A stretch of 64,000 nucleotides of DNA from the human T2T-CHM13v2.0 reference genome, Homo sapiens (GCF_009914755.1 NC_060947.1), one strand, 5' to 3'; shown: positions 1-13,998, counted from the first letter of the stretch. The notes: generated from the letters alone by a model not told the origin. Made by a program: numbers and translations.

Positions 1-170
1 TTTTTCAGGTACCCTCTTGTGATAGGATGGTCACTATGGCAATAGTGGAGGTGCCTGTCTCCATGAATCATGGATAAGTCAGGTCAGAGTTGCAAGGATT
101 TTAGTGGAGGTAAATAGGCCTTAAACATAGTTAGAGTCAGAGGAAGGCTCATCTCTTCCTAAAGAGATCA

Positions 171-500
<330 letters not shown>

Positions 501-734
501 GGAAGAGAGAGATCATTCAGAGGGGGAAAATGGACAAGACTCCAAGGTGATACCTCATTACCACCAGCAATCTCTGTGATCCATTTGCTCATTCAAGAAT
601 CCTGCCTTGCCACATTACATCTGAGGATGTCATGTCTAGCTTCAGCCAGGACATGACTTAGGAATTTATCCTCTGTGTTTTCAAATATGCATTTAAAAAT
701 ATGTGTATATTAATTATTTTTTGTGTTACTTACA

Positions 735-922
735 CTTTCTATGTGCCAAGAACTATACTAAGGACTTTACATAGATTATCTCATTAAAATTCTTATATCA
801 GCCCTGTGAGTCATGCAAGAAATTGAAGCTCAGAAAAGATTGCCCAAGGTCACACTGTTAATAAGTGACAAAGTTGAGATTTGAAACTACGTTTATCTGA
901 CTCCAAAGCTCATGCTTATAAC
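735..922 (-). mobile_element. MIR SINE
   Basis: MIR core reverse complement: TTGCCCAAGGTCACAC..TAAGTGAC..GATTTGAA..TCTGACTCCAAAGC. Confidence 0.85.
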
Positions 923-1629
923 TATTCATTCACTTGCTCATTAATTCATTCATTTATTCATTCAAGTATTTGTTGAGACAATACGATGAGAAAGACATGG
1001 TCTAGGTATTGAGCATACAATAGGGAACATGAGTAAGACGAATAAAAAATCTCTGCTCTCATAGAAGTTTTACTCTAATGCAGAAGGCACACAATAAACT
1101 ACATAAGTAAGTAAAGTATATTATATAGTATATAAGATAATTGTAAGTGCCAAAGGGAAGAAAAGCAGACAAGTGGCAATATAATGTTTTTGGAGGGGAG
1201 GAAGTAAAAATAAGGTGGCCAGGTAAGATCTCATTAAGCAAGCGACATTTGAGCAAAACCCAGAAGTAAGAGATGGAGCAGCCATTCAGATGTCAAAGAG
1301 AAAGGTATGTAAGCAAGTGCAAAATCTCTGAGTTGGTAGCGGACTTGGTGTACTAGAGGACTAGGAAAGCAGCCTTTGTGATTGCAATGGAGCAAATGCA
1401 GGGGAGAGTAAAAGGAAATAAAGTCAGAGAGGTAATTGAACGACCAGATCATACAGAGCTTCTAGGACTTTATATCTTACTCTAAGCGAGACTGAGGTTT
1501 GACATCTGTCTTAGGTTATAACAGCATTGTCCCGATCACTAAGTAAGAATAAGCCAAAGGGAGGCATAGGCAGAAGTAGGGAGAATGGTTAGGAATCTAT
1601 TGAAATAATTCAAGCAAAAGATGATGGAG

Positions 1630-4143
1630 CTGGGTCTGGCAGTTCCTCAAGTGGTTAAACTTAAGAATTACCATATGTGACCCAGCACTTCTACTCCTAA
1701 GCATATACCCAAGAGAAATGAAAACATATGTCCACATAAAAACTTGTAAGTGAATGTTCACAGCAGCGTTATTCATAATAGCCCAAAAGTGGAAACAACC
1801 CCAATGTTCATCAGCTAAAAATGGACAAACAAAATGTAATGTATACATGCAATGGATATTTGGTCATAGAAAGTGAAGTAATGATCTATGTTACAACATC
1901 AATGTATCTGAAAAGCACTTTGCTAAATGAAAGAAGCCAGTCACAAGACCACATACTGTATAACTCCATTTATATGACCTTTCGAGAAAAGGCAAAGCTA
2001 CAGAGACAAAAGGTAGACTAGCAGTTGTTTTAGACTGGGGAGGTAGAGAGAATGGGCAACTAGGTGGGTGATAGCTAAAGGATACAGGGTTTTAAGAAGT
2101 GAAATATCTTTATAAAGGAAACTATAAAACAGTGATGAAAGAAATTGAAGAGGCTACAAAAAAAGGGGAAGATATCCCATGCTCATAAATTGGAAAGATT
2201 ATTATTGTCAAAATGTGTACACTATTCAAAGCAATATATAGATCCAATGCAATCTCTATCAAAATACCAATGACATTCTTTGGAGAAATAGAAAAAAAAT
2301 CCTAAAATTCATATGGAGCCACAAAAGTCCCTAAATAGCTAAAGAAATCTTAAGCAAAAAGAACAAAGCTGGAGGCATCACACTACCTGACTGAAAATTA
2401 TACTGCAAAGCTATAGTAACCAAAACAGCATGATACTGGCATAAAAACAGATACACGAACCAATGGAACAGCAAAGAGAACCCAGAAATAAATCTACACA
2501 CAGCCAACTCATTTTTGACAAAGGTGTCAAGAACATACATTGAGGAAAGAACCGTCTCTTTAATAAATGGTGCTAGGAAAACCGGATATCCATATGCAGG
2601 AGAATGAAACTAGGTCCCCATCTTTTACCATATACAAAAATCAACTCAAAGTGCATTGAAGACTTAAATGTAAGACCTGACACTATGAAAAATACTAAAA
2701 GAAAACACTGGAGAAGTGCTACAAGAAGGACATTGATCTGGGGAAATATTTTGGGGTAAGACCTCAAAAGCACAGGTGACAAAAGCAAAAAGAGACAAAT
2801 GAGATTATGTCAAGTTAAAAGGCCTCTGCATAGCAGATGAAACAATTAATAAAGTGGAGAGACAACCTACAGAATGGGAGAAAATATTTCAAACTATCCA
2901 TCCAATAAAGAATTAATAACCAGAATATGCAAGAAACTCAAACAACTCAATAGCAACAACAACAACAAAACCGCACCATATAATCTAATTCAAAGATGGG
3001 TCAAAGAGCCGAATAGACATTTCTCAAAAGAAGACAAACAAATGGCCAACAGGTATAGTAAAAAATGTCCACATCACAAATCATCAGGGAAATGCAAGTC
3101 AAAACCACAATGAGATATCGTCTCACCCCAGTTAGAATGGCTACTATGAAAAAAACAAACAAACAAAAAAAACGACAAATGCTGGTGGTGATGCAAAGGA
3201 AGGGGAATGCTCATACACTATTGATGGGAATGTAAAGTAGCACAGCTATTATTTAAAACAGTATGTAGCTTCTATAAAAAACTAAAAATGGAACTACCAT
3301 ATGATCCAATAAACCCACTGCTAGGCATATATTCAAAAGAAACAAAATCAGTATGTTGAAGAGGTATCTGCACTTCCATGTTTATTGCAGCACTATTTAC
3401 AATAGTCAAGATATGAAATCAACCTAAATGTCCATGAATGGATGAGTGGATAAAGAAAATGTATATATACAAAATGGAATATTATTCAACCAAAAAAAGA
3501 AATTCTGTTATTTGTAGCAACATAGATGGAACTGGAGGTTATTGTATTAAGTGAAATAAGCCAGGCACAGAAAGATAGATATTACATGTTCTCACTTATT
3601 TGTGGGAGTTAAAAAAGTGTATCTCATGGTGGTAAAGAATAGGATGGTGGTTACTGGACGCTAGGAAGGGAGATGGGGAGGAGAAGATGAAGAGAAGTTG
3701 GTTAGGGGGTACACAAGTACAGTTACAAAGCAGAAATAAGTTCTAGTATTTGATAGAAAATAGGGAAATTATGGTTAGCAACAATTTATTGTATATTTCA
3801 AAATACCTAGAAGCAAGGAGTTGTAATGTTCCCAACATAAAGAAAAGATAAATGTTTGAGGTGATGAATATCCCAATTATCCTGATTTGATCCTTACATA
3901 TTGTATACATTTACCAGAATATCACATGTACTCCAAAACATTTACAAACGTGTTTTATTTTATTCTATCAATAAAAATAACTTAAAGGTGCAGGATTTCT
4001 TTTGGGGGTGATAAAAATGTTCTACAACTGATTTTGGTGATGGTTGCAAACCTCTGAATGTACTAAAAACCATTCATTTTGAATAGATAAATTGTATGGA
4101 ATGTGGATTGTATGTCAATAAGTCTGTTTTTTCTTAAAAAAAA
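1630..4143 (+). mobile_element. L1MB-type 3' end (1630-2093 and 3983-4143)
   Basis: GGCAGTTCCTCAA..CCCAAGAGAAATGAAAACATATGTCCAC 3' L1 sequence, poly(A) near 4136-4147, flanking TSD. Confidence 0.85.
2094..3982 (+). mobile_element. 5'-truncated L1MA (L1MA2-4-like)
   Basis: ORF2 C-terminal homology (e.g. ORF 2874-3113), L1MA 3' UTR, degenerate TSD TAAAGGATACAGGGTTT / TAAAGGTGCAGGATTT. Confidence 0.9.
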
Positions 4144-5118
4144 AAAAGATGATAGAGGGTTAGGCTGTAGCGGAAATAGTAGCAGTGGTGAAAAGCAGTT
4201 GGGCTATGGATATGTTTTGAAGGCAAAGTAGAAAGGGTTTGCTGACATGCTGAATGTGGAGTGAGAAAGAGAAGAATCAAGGATGAGTCAAGTTTTCTTC
4301 AGTTGAGCAACTTGAAGCGTGGAATTGCCATTAATTGATATTGGGAAGTCCATGAGAGGACAAGGTTTTTTGGGGTAGAGATGGAGTTCATTTATAGATA
4401 TGTTAAATTTGAGATACTCATTAGACATCCAAGTAAAGAGTCAAGTAGAAAGTCAGAATTATAAGTCTGGTGTTCATAGGAAAGGTCCAGGCTGGAGATA
4501 CAAATTTAAGAGCCAACAGCATAAAGTTAGTATTTGTCTATGGTGTGTGTGTAATTATGCTATATTGTCTCCCGTGTATGGTGGCTCTTCTGTAGTCACT
4601 CTAGAACGTCTAAATCAGCGCATTAAGGGAGACTAGATCTTGGGAGTATGTTAGTATGTTTTTGAAGAAACAAATCAGTTTCAGTCTTGTGAATGATGCC
4701 ATTCATAAGGTGTGGATGTATCATTGAGGCACTGCATATGCCAAAGGGAATCATTAAATAGTTTAAACCTGTAAAGATCTAAAAATCTGACTTTCATTCA
4801 TTTCCTTTGTGATTTAGAGAGGATCATGTTCTCCTCCCTAGGTTCAGGATTATGAATACTCAGTCCCCTGAGGTATTATGAAACTCTGGGCCTGAGCACA
4901 AAGTTCATGATCCTTTATTATTACTGCTTTGATATTCTCAGCATTTCAGCACATCCTCAACTTTATTCTCTCCTTTTTCATAAAAAGTACTAGGATTTGG
5001 AAAGGGGAGGTAGAGAGTCTCATTCATAGGTTTTCTTTAAATATTATGAGACTATAGATTGGTGGTTGCCAGGATGCTATACTACCTTATAAAGGAGGGC
5101 TATAATATCTTAGAAAGG

Positions 5119-5771
5119 GTGTAGACCCCAGACAGAGGGAAGTGCAGTGGGAGCTCACTCCTCTCTGTTCCAAGGACATCTCTGGAGAACTGCACTGCCT
5201 GGCTAGGTGGATGCTGTGGTCACACTGGGTGACATGTGGTCACAGTTTACAACAAAAAGCTGAGGTAGCTGGAGGTCTAGAAGCCCAGAACCCATGAATG
5301 ACAAGAGTTTAGAACTAGGTAAGACTAATTAAAAGCAGATATGTTGGATTAAGGAAAGTTCTAGCCACTCAATATAGTCTATAAACTGTATGCTTCATGA
5401 GGACAGGGACTGGGTCTTAGCCATTTTTATATTAGTGAACTTCTTCTGTCAGGTGGCTAAGGTAAGTCCAGCCTAGGAGTGTTAGCCAAGTGAGCCAGTG
5501 CTGGGGTTGGAGTCATGAGAAGCAGAGTACATCTGTCTTCCTCACCCCAAGATAATCAGAAACATTAATGAGCCAAAGCAGAGAATTCAAATTATGAAGC
5601 ACAGAAGGTCAAGCAAAGCAAATTAAGTACAAATTTTAATCACAAAAGGAAATAATGAAACTCAAACGAAGAAAGAGTGTCCAAAGTCAGGATGGTACTG
5701 ACCTGGCAAACTTGTGCCAATCGTAGCATCCAACCTAGGCCCCCAGGACACCATCATTTGGGTCTGTCACA
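5119..5771 (-). mobile_element. Putative Gypsy-type LTR (MamGypLTR-like)
   Basis: On the minus strand a purine tract GGAGCTGGAGAGTGAA is followed by TGTGACA at 5771; candidate end ..TCTACA at 5119; WVPVEKL (chromodomain-end-like) lies upstream at ~5890-5911. Confidence 0.4.
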
Positions 5772-5979
5772 TTCACTCTCCAGCTCCTACCTATCTGGGG
5801 AAGAATACTAAGCCCAACAGTAAACATTTAATATGGAAGAAAAATTATAGGAGCCCATCTTTCATTGTAGCAATGTATGGGAAATCATTAAGCTTTTCCA
5901 CTGGAACCCAAACCAAGTCTGTCCTTTTCGTGAGTGGTTCATTAAGAGTGTAGTGAGGGTTGATAAATGGAATTCAGAA

Positions 5980-6730
5980 TGAAGGTGCCTAATGATCTCC
6001 AAGAGCTACTTAAGAAGTTTGCTAGGCACAAAGGGACTAAGAACTTTCTGATGCTCAATGTATTTATACCCACACCTGGTGCTGAAGAGGAACTACATAA
6101 GAAACCACATATAGCATACCATGTTAAGAGCTCTGATAAAGGATGCTGTTACAGGGTGCTGATGAGTGGAGTGGGGCAGGCCCAGAAGTGAGAGTGATCA
6201 CTTCTCCTTAGGGAGGCCAGGCAGCTTTATTAAGTGTTGAACTGAGTCTTGAAACACAAGTAACTGTTCTACAGATAGTGGGAGCAATATGAGTAAAGGT
6301 GAGAATAACGGCCCAGAAGGCCATCAGCATTGTTGGAGGGACTGAAGATGGGGGCCAAATCATAGAGCAGTGCTTTTCAAACTGCAGCTTGGAACTCATT
6401 GCAAGTGAAATAAATCTGGTGAGTCATGGCCAAAATTTTATTAAATGATATGAACTATAAAAGAATAGAAAATATAATGCATTGAGTATAGTAAGGGTAA
6501 ACTTTTAAAAAAAAAATTTTTAGCTCTGTAAATACATATTTGTATAGATGAGTACTGGGTTGCGAAGTGAAATATATTATGTACTGTGGGTAACAGCCAA
6601 AAAAAGTTTGAAACCCACTGTCAAAGAGGGCTTTGTCAGCCCTGCTAATACTTTTGGACATTTTCCTGTAGGCCATGGCAAGCTATTGAAGGATTTTAAG
6701 TAAGGTAATGGCATTATCCAATTTGTGTTT
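5980..6730 (-). mobile_element. Old L2 fragment interrupted by MER112
   Basis: L2 motifs TGAACTGAGTCTTGAA and CTATTGAAGGATTTTAAG..ATTTGTGTTT. Confidence 0.65.
6368..6620. mobile_element. MER112-like hAT-Charlie MITE
   Basis: TIRs CAGTGCTTTTCAAAC / GTTTGAAACCCACTG; 8-bp TSD TCATAGAG / TCAAAGAG. Confidence 0.85.
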
Positions 6731-6882
6731 CATCAAAAAGTTTAACCATCTTAGATTAAATTAGCCATGGAAAAGGTTTTAGAATCAAATTTAGTAAAGA
6801 TAGACAGCTGATCTTTTCAAAATGAAATGTTCAAAATAATTTAATCTATATCTCACAAGGAAGACACTTCAACTTGTACATA

Positions 6883-7355
6883 TTCATTTATTTGACAAAT
6901 ATTTTTAGAGTGCATATCATGTGTCAGGCACTGTGCTAGGCACTGAGGACACAATCAATGGTGAACAAAATTAACACCATCGCCACCTTCATGGAGTTCA
7001 GTCTAGTGAAAAAGACAGTAAAGAAAAAACCTGAATGAGTATGATGTGTTACAGAAAAAAGTACAGGGAGCTAGAGGCAGAATACTGGAGGAAGGGTACA
7101 GGAGGAAATAATGATTTCAACTGTGTGGTTAGGGTTAGGCTCTCTGAGGAAGTAGTCTTTAAGCTGAGACCTTATGGATAAATAGGAGTTAGAAACCAAG
7201 TGTGTGGGGAAAGAGTATCTCTGGTAGAGAACAGCAAGTGCAAAGGCCTGCAGGCAAGAAGGGAGCTTGGCATGTTCAAGAACAGAAAGGAGACCACTGT
7301 GGCTGGAGTGTGATGACCAAATGGTAAGAGCAGAGATCTAAGGACCAGGAAGGCC
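6883..7355 (-). mobile_element. L2 LINE 3' fragment
   Basis: TTCATTTATTTGACAAATATT..TGTCAGGCACTGTGCTAGGCACTGAGGACACA..AAGTGCAAAGGCCTG. Confidence 0.85.
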
Positions 7356-7493
7356 ATTGTGTGATATTTGATGTAGGTGAAAGGCAGGCTAAAACTTTGG
7401 GGGAATTGGCTTGCATTGGGTTACTTACTAGGGCTTCTGGCACAGGCACACTAGGGGCAGTTAAAAGGACTAATGTGTAAAGAACACCATTCC

Positions 7494-7824
<331 letters not shown>

Positions 7825-8652
7825 AAAGAACACCATTCCATCTTTACAGGCTCCTGCTCCAAGTGGAGTGAACCATTTTTCCTTGGAGATTTGCCTAGAG
7901 GAACGTTCTAAAGTGTCTGGGAGGATTCCAGAAATGAAAATGTGCCTCTGCAAACCGTTATGGCATGCCGTGCACTGCACAACCCCAAGGGTATCATTCA
8001 GGTTGTTTGATTGTTTCTGGGGCCTTTACAACTTCCTGGGTGTCAATATTTAGACCTTTCCTTGAACCCACCACCACTTGCGTAATAAACTCACGTTTTT
8101 GAACTCGGGTTGTTGACTTCTTGCTGTGATGCTAGCAGTAAGGCAAGACTGGTTGGATGTGCATAGAGGAGGTCTGCTTGAACTGGAAGAGCTTTGAGTT
8201 GGCAACTTCTGCCACGTCAGAGTCCCCAGTAGTAACCTTCCAGATTGTAGAATAAATGAGTAGAGAATGGTGGATGAAAGTGGACCATCTGTTATGGTCC
8301 ATTCAGATGTCCTTCCTGGTGGTTTAGTACGAATTGGTATTCTTCTTCTAACAATACATTAAAAAGTGAAGTTTTGTGGAGTAGCCTCTAGTTCCTATAG
8401 AGATCTTCTGGCTCCAGTGAGTTTGGGAGAATAGCAGTGGAAACTCTGGCTGCAGAGAAAGAAGCTGTTTTGAGAAATGGACTGCAGTGCTTTTAGTGCA
8501 TCTCAGTTGTGCTGAGATAAGATCAGCTGTGTTTTGGAAGGAGATGTGTTTTGGAAGTGCATCTCCGTTGTTCTTAGTGCATCTCCGTTGTGCTGAGATA
8601 AGATCAGTTGTGTTTTGGAAGGAGATGTAGCAGAAGAGGTACTCCTCTAAAA

Positions 8653-8869
8653 TAGTAGTTCTCAACCAGGAGTGCACTTAAATCCAGGACACATTTGGGA
8701 ATGCCTGGGGGCATTTGTGGTTGACTCAAATGGGAGGGAAGAGTGCTACTGGAATCTACTGGGTAAAGGCCAGGGATGCTGGTATATGTCCTACAATCCA
8801 CATGACAGGCCTCTACATAAAATAATTTTCTGGCCCAAATGTCAATACTGCCTCAGTTGAGAAATCCTG
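8653..8869 (+). mobile_element. MER20 hAT-Charlie MITE
   Basis: TAGTAGTTCTCAACC..GGCCAGGGATGCTG..GTTGAGAAATCCTG; perfect TSD CTCTAAAA at 8645-8652 and 8870-8877. Confidence 0.92.
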
Positions 8870-9854
8870 CTCTAAAATCTGATTTGTATGCTGGATGTTG
8901 TCACCGGTCTACTGGAATTAGACTGCACACAGTTCAAAATGGAGTAGCAAGTAGCACACGACCAAAATAAGCAAAAACTTGGAGGTTCAGCTTATATTCA
9001 TGGTGATCATGAATATAAGCTGAAAAAAAAATAGAATGACTTATCTGGTGTAGGGTGATTTTTTGACTTTACCTTTTATGCTCCAGGTTGCAGTGGTCTG
9101 ACAGCAGAACAATATGAGGTGGCCTTGGTGGACAAACAGCACTGATTCCAGAAGAAGCTTCCTAGAGAAATAAGTATAGAGATGGAAGTAACTAAGTTCT
9201 TCTGAAACAGGATGGCTCCCACTGCAATGAAAAAGGCATTGGTTTTGTCTGTCTAGGTTCAGGGAAGAATGGTCAGAATAGGAGAGTGTATACAAAAGGT
9301 CAGGATACAGATACATTTACAGACACATTTCTCTCCTGAGTGATGATTTTGGTTAGCTAGGCAGTCACAGTGAAGAAGGAAGGATTGAACCTTTGCTAAT
9401 ACCCAATAAATTCCAAGGAATGACTAGATGGCTTAGATTGTCTTAAGTGAGTGCAAGTCTAGCAAGGCTAACACATGTAACTTGACCCCTGACATCAGGG
9501 GAGAACTTTGGCTAAGTAACTCTTGACTCAAGAGTTAGACCTCATGGCTTTTAAATGAATACCTCTCCTAGTTGGTCTGAAGGCTGGATAGTTGAGAATG
9601 TCATCCAGCTAGACAATAAACTTCTGTCCAGGTAGTGGTGTGGAATACTGGTTATTTATTAATGGAGAATGACTAGATATTACGAAGGCCAAAGGGCAGG
9701 GTAGTGTATTCGGTTTAGCTGGGAGATTTTCGTAGGCTATTGTCCATTTCTTAACTTTCCTACCACAGATTAAATTGTAGACAACAATTTTTAAATCAAA
9801 GTAGTCGTGGAAGAGGCCAAGCCTTGAGATATTTTTCTTCAAGTGTGTATTGAA

Positions 9855-11690
9855 TTTGCATACATTGACAATGAACAATCTAAAAGGAAGTTAAAAAACA
9901 ATTCTATTTACAAAAACATCAAAAAAGATAAAATGCTTAGGAATAAATTTAACCAAGAGCAAGATTTATACTCTGAAAACATTGTTGTAGAAAATTAAAG
10001 AAAACCTAAATAAATGGAAGACATTCTGTGTTCATGTAATGGAAGGCTTAATATTGTTAGATGGCAGTACTCCCCAAAGTGATATACAGATTCAGCGCAA
10101 TCCCTATCAAAACCCCAACAGTCTTTTTTTTTGCACAAATGTAAAAGCTGATTCTCAAATTCATATGAAATTGTAAGGAACCTCAAGTAGCCCATAAATC
10201 TTTAAAAAAAAGTACAAAGTTGGAGAACTCACACTCCTGACTTCAAAACTCATTACAAAGATATAGTAATCAAAACAGAGTGGTACTGGCAAAAAGACAG
10301 ACATATAGATCAATGGAATAGAATTGAGCACCCAGAAATAAACCCCTCCGTCTATGGTCAATTGATTTTTTAGAAAGATGTCAAGATCATTCAGTACAGA
10401 AAGAATAGTCTCTTTACAAATGGTACCGAGACAACTAGATATCTACATGCAAAATAATGAAGCTGGATCTTTATCTTATACCATATACAAAAATTAACTC
10501 AAAATGGATCAAAGACCTAAATATAAGAGCTACAACTACAAAACTCTTAGAAAACATAGTGGACATGAATCCTTCATGTCCCTGAATTTGGCAATGGTTT
10601 CTTAGCTATAATACCAAAAGCACAAGCAATGAAAGAAAAAATGGATAAACAGGACTTTATCAAAATTAAAAACTTTTTGTGCATCAAAGCATACTGTAAA
10701 CAGAGTGAAAAGACATACCACAGAATACGAAAAAGTATTTGCAAATCATATATCTGATAAAGTTCTCCTATCCAGAATATATAAAGAAATCTAGCAACTC
10801 AACAACAAAAGGCAAACAACCCATTAAATGAAAGATTCAAACAATTTGCATAGATATATCTCAGAAGAAGATATGCAAATGGCCAAAAAGCTCATGAAAA
10901 GTTGTTCAATGGTGTTATTAAGGACATAAAAATCATAACCACAATGAGATACCACGTCATACTCACTAGGTGACTATAATATAATAAAATAGAAAACAAA
11001 AATTGTTGGTGAGGATATAAAAAACTGGAATCCTCATTCATTGCTGGTGAAAGTGTAAAATAGTGCAACCACTCTTGAAAACAGTCTGGCAGTTCCTCAG
11101 TAAGTTTAACATGGAATTACCATATGACCGAGCAATTCCATCCCTATGTGTGTACCCAAAAGAATTGAAAGTAGGTACTATAACAAATACGTGCACACAA
11201 ATGGTCATAAAAGCACTATTCACCATAGCAACAAGGTGAAAATGACCCAAATGCCCACGAGCAGATGAGTGGATAAACGAATTGTGGCATATTCATGCAA
11301 TAAAACTTTATTTCACCATGAAAAGGAATGAAGTGCTGATCCATGCTACAACTTGGATGACACTTTAAAATATTATCTTAAGTGAAAGAAGCTACCCACA
11401 AAAGCTACATATTGTATGATTCATAATTTCATTTATATGATATATCTAAAGTAAGCAAATCCACAGAGACAGAAAACAGATTAGCATTAGCCAGGGGCTG
11501 GAGGAGGGATGATGGGAAATGATTGTTTAATATGTGTGTAATTTCTATTTGGGGTGATGAAAATATTATGGGAATAGGTAGTACGGTTGCACAACATTGT
11601 CAGTGCAGTTAGTGCCACACATTGTAGGCCTTCAAATGGTTACTTTTGTAAAGTTTTGTGTGTGTTTTACCACAATAAAAAATAAAAACT
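9855..11690 (+). mobile_element. 5'-truncated L1MB
   Basis: ORF2 3' homology, L1MB 3' UTR ending TTACCACAATAAAAAATAAAAA. Confidence 0.9.
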
Positions 11691-11774
11691 AAGCAGAGCA
11701 TTGTGTCTTCTTTGGTGGAGGTGGAGGAATTGATGACTCTCCCATCACATCATCATCATCATCATCACAGTAAT

Positions 11775-12270
11775 AATAGTAATTATTACAATTATGCAAA
11801 TAGCTGGCACTTATTGAGCATATATTATGTGCCAGAAACTATGATAACCATGTTTCTATGCTTAATTAATCTCCCCAACAATTCTATTAGTACCTTGATT
11901 TAATGGGTAAAGAAAAGGGCTCAGAGGTTAGTTTGCCAAAAGTTACACAGGTAACAAATGGAAGACATAGAATCTGAATCCAGGTCTGTCTGACTGCAGC
12001 ACCTGCACCCTTATCTGTAAGCATTAGAGAACCAAGCTAGATAGCTAGTAAGACCCTGAGTGATTTATATGCATTGTTTCATATAATTCTCATAGCAACA
12101 TTATGAGATAGACACAATGGTTATTATCAGCTCCATTTTACAGAAGGAAATTGAGGCAGAGAGTGTCATACAGCTAATAAGGGAGAGTGTCACACAGCTA
12201 ATGAGAGACCGAGCTAGGATTTGAACTCTGGTGTAATTGACCCCAAAACTTCTGTGCTTAACCGTCAAGC
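11775..12270 (-). mobile_element. Two adjacent MIR SINEs (~11775-12020, ~12040-12270)
   Basis: TTTATTGAGCA..TATGTGCCAG and CCATTTTACAGA..GAAATTGAGGCAGAG..GGATTTGAAC motifs. Confidence 0.8.
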
Positions 12271-12799
12271 TATATAGTGTCAGTTGCCCTGTATTGATAG
12301 AAGGCCTAGGTTTTTGGCTTTGAGATGGATATGGGTACTGGATAGGTACCTTGGCTGCAGAGGCAGGTCTGCTTTCCTGAGTATAATTACTCCTGGGATC
12401 TGGGCCCAGGATTGACAGATGGCATAGGGCCCACAAGAAGGGTGGACATTATAAAGGGAAGAATATGGCTTTTTGAGAAAGTAGCTTAAAGTTGTAGGCT
12501 GCTAGCACCAAAAACCTTGTTGACCAAGGATAAAGATGGAGAGTAAATAAAATGTAGGTTTTGCTGTTGATCCTGGTGAACAACATTTAAAAGCCACTGT
12601 CATAGAGGCCTTGGGAGCTGTGCTAACTCATTTGGACAATTTCCTGTAAACAAGGATGAGCTATTGAAAGATTTAAGCAGAGTAGTGGCATGATCTAATT
12701 TGTGTTTCGTGAAAAGTTTTATCATACTTGATAAAAATTGGGACATGTCTTTTGATGTGCTCCCCACTATTCACATTTATATGAGATTGCACATCAGAG

Positions 12800-13998
12800 A
12801 GTTTCTGTCATTGTTATGCCCTCACAGGGCAGCTGGAGGCCTAGGTCATCAACTTACAGATGGTGGAGATGGCAGCCATGCTCTAGGTACATGAAGAAAT
12901 AGTGCAGACAAACTGTACTACAAGCACAGCCCCACATCCTCAATGGGATCCAGGAGGAAGCTACACAAAGTCCCTGGTTCCAGTGGTTTCTGCAGGACAG
13001 ATTATGGTACCCATGAGCATGTGTGTGAGAGTCATCTCATATTCCTAGGCTAGATACTGGGGCAATAATGCTTCTCATCTCTGTTTTAAGAAGGTTTAGC
13101 CTACAGCTAGTAACTGGAAATGATATTCTCTAGCATTACCAGGTTACTAAACATGAATGAGTCTTAATCAAAGCTGGAGCCCAAAATACAAAGGTAGGCA
13201 GAAAATGGGCCAAGATAGGAGATTTGCAGAAGTGGAAGGGAGCCAAATCTGGAAGAATTTTCCTTCATTTAGGGACTCAGTAGCAGCCTTGTATGCAGTG
13301 CCCATGGCCTTGGGTATGATCATACTGGCCACATTTAGAGGGGGTGCATATTAAAGTTGGCCATGATGTGTCGGATTCCCCTCCTATGCTGCAAGCCTGG
13401 CTAGGCATGTAGAAAGGACAGAGTATGGTTTAGAGCATGGGCTCCGGAGTCAAATGAATCTGGACTGGAATCTGTGTCTCTGTCTACCAGTGTGTTCTTG
13501 GCAAGTCACTTAACCTTAGTGAGCCTCACATTTTTTAGCTATAAGAAACTCTCAAGGAGTAAATAAGATAACAAACATAAAATGTTTAGCACAACGCCTG
13601 ATACCTAGTAACAGCTCAATAAATGTTTCCTCTCCTTCTCCTCCTACTTTTCTTCTTTCTTATTGTTATTATTGTACTGAATGCAGTTCAGGGGAAGTTA
13701 TTTGGAGCACTGTCCTGAGGAAATTCCTATTCAGAGCCATCAGGAAAGTCCAAAATCAAGTTGCTAATCCACATAAGTCTAAACCAAAAGAGGGGGTAAA
13801 CGTATGAATTTGAGGGAGATGGACAAAGAATGAGATCTGCAAGAGAGGTTGTGTACCCTGAGCGAATGAGCTGGGAATGAGGCCTGGAGTAACAACTGTG
13901 CCAGAATGCAGGTGACTTCAGTGGCTTTTTATCCAGTGCCCATGACCCCTGTCATGGTATTTTTAGAAGCATTAACATAGACAATAACAGAGTAGACA
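12800..13998 (-). mobile_element. Putative 3' LTR of Gypsy remnant A (left boundary uncertain; MIR inside)
   Basis: Minus strand: polypurine GAAGGGAATAG immediately followed by TGTC at 13998, directly after the chromodomain-like segment. Confidence 0.4.
13410..13670 (+). mobile_element. MIR SINE
   Basis: AGAGCATGGGCTCCGGAGTCA..TTGGCAAGTCACTTAACCT..GCTCAATAAATGTT. Confidence 0.85.

Larger units (their letters stand above)
924..4520 (-). mobile_element. L2 LINE 3' part (924-1629 and 4144-4520), split by nested L1s
   Basis: (ATTC)n L2 tail at 924-965 followed by typical L2 body; resumes after TSD AAAAGATGAT(G/A)GAG at 1616-1629 and 4144-4157. Confidence 0.85.
7900..12520 (-). mobile_element. 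Ancient sushi-like Gypsy remnant C (pre-RT, RT, RNase H, integrase), interrupted by MIRs, L1MB and MER20
   Basis: Colinear minus-strand motifs: DLKIVVYNLI..KWTIAY, EYTTLPFGLRN (~9679-9711), FIV*LDDIL (~9594-9620), SFLG, SPILT..TNAFFIAVGAILFQ (~9203-9285), YFSRKL, SDHCNLEH (~9079-9102), LQP..W..IS, SMHIQPV (~8147-8167). Confidence 0.75.

Noticed and set aside
9040-9850. Plus-strand ERVL pro/pol-like reading
   Set aside because: Needed many frameshifts; the minus strand gives far cleaner Gypsy motifs (LPFGL, LDDIL, YFSRKL).
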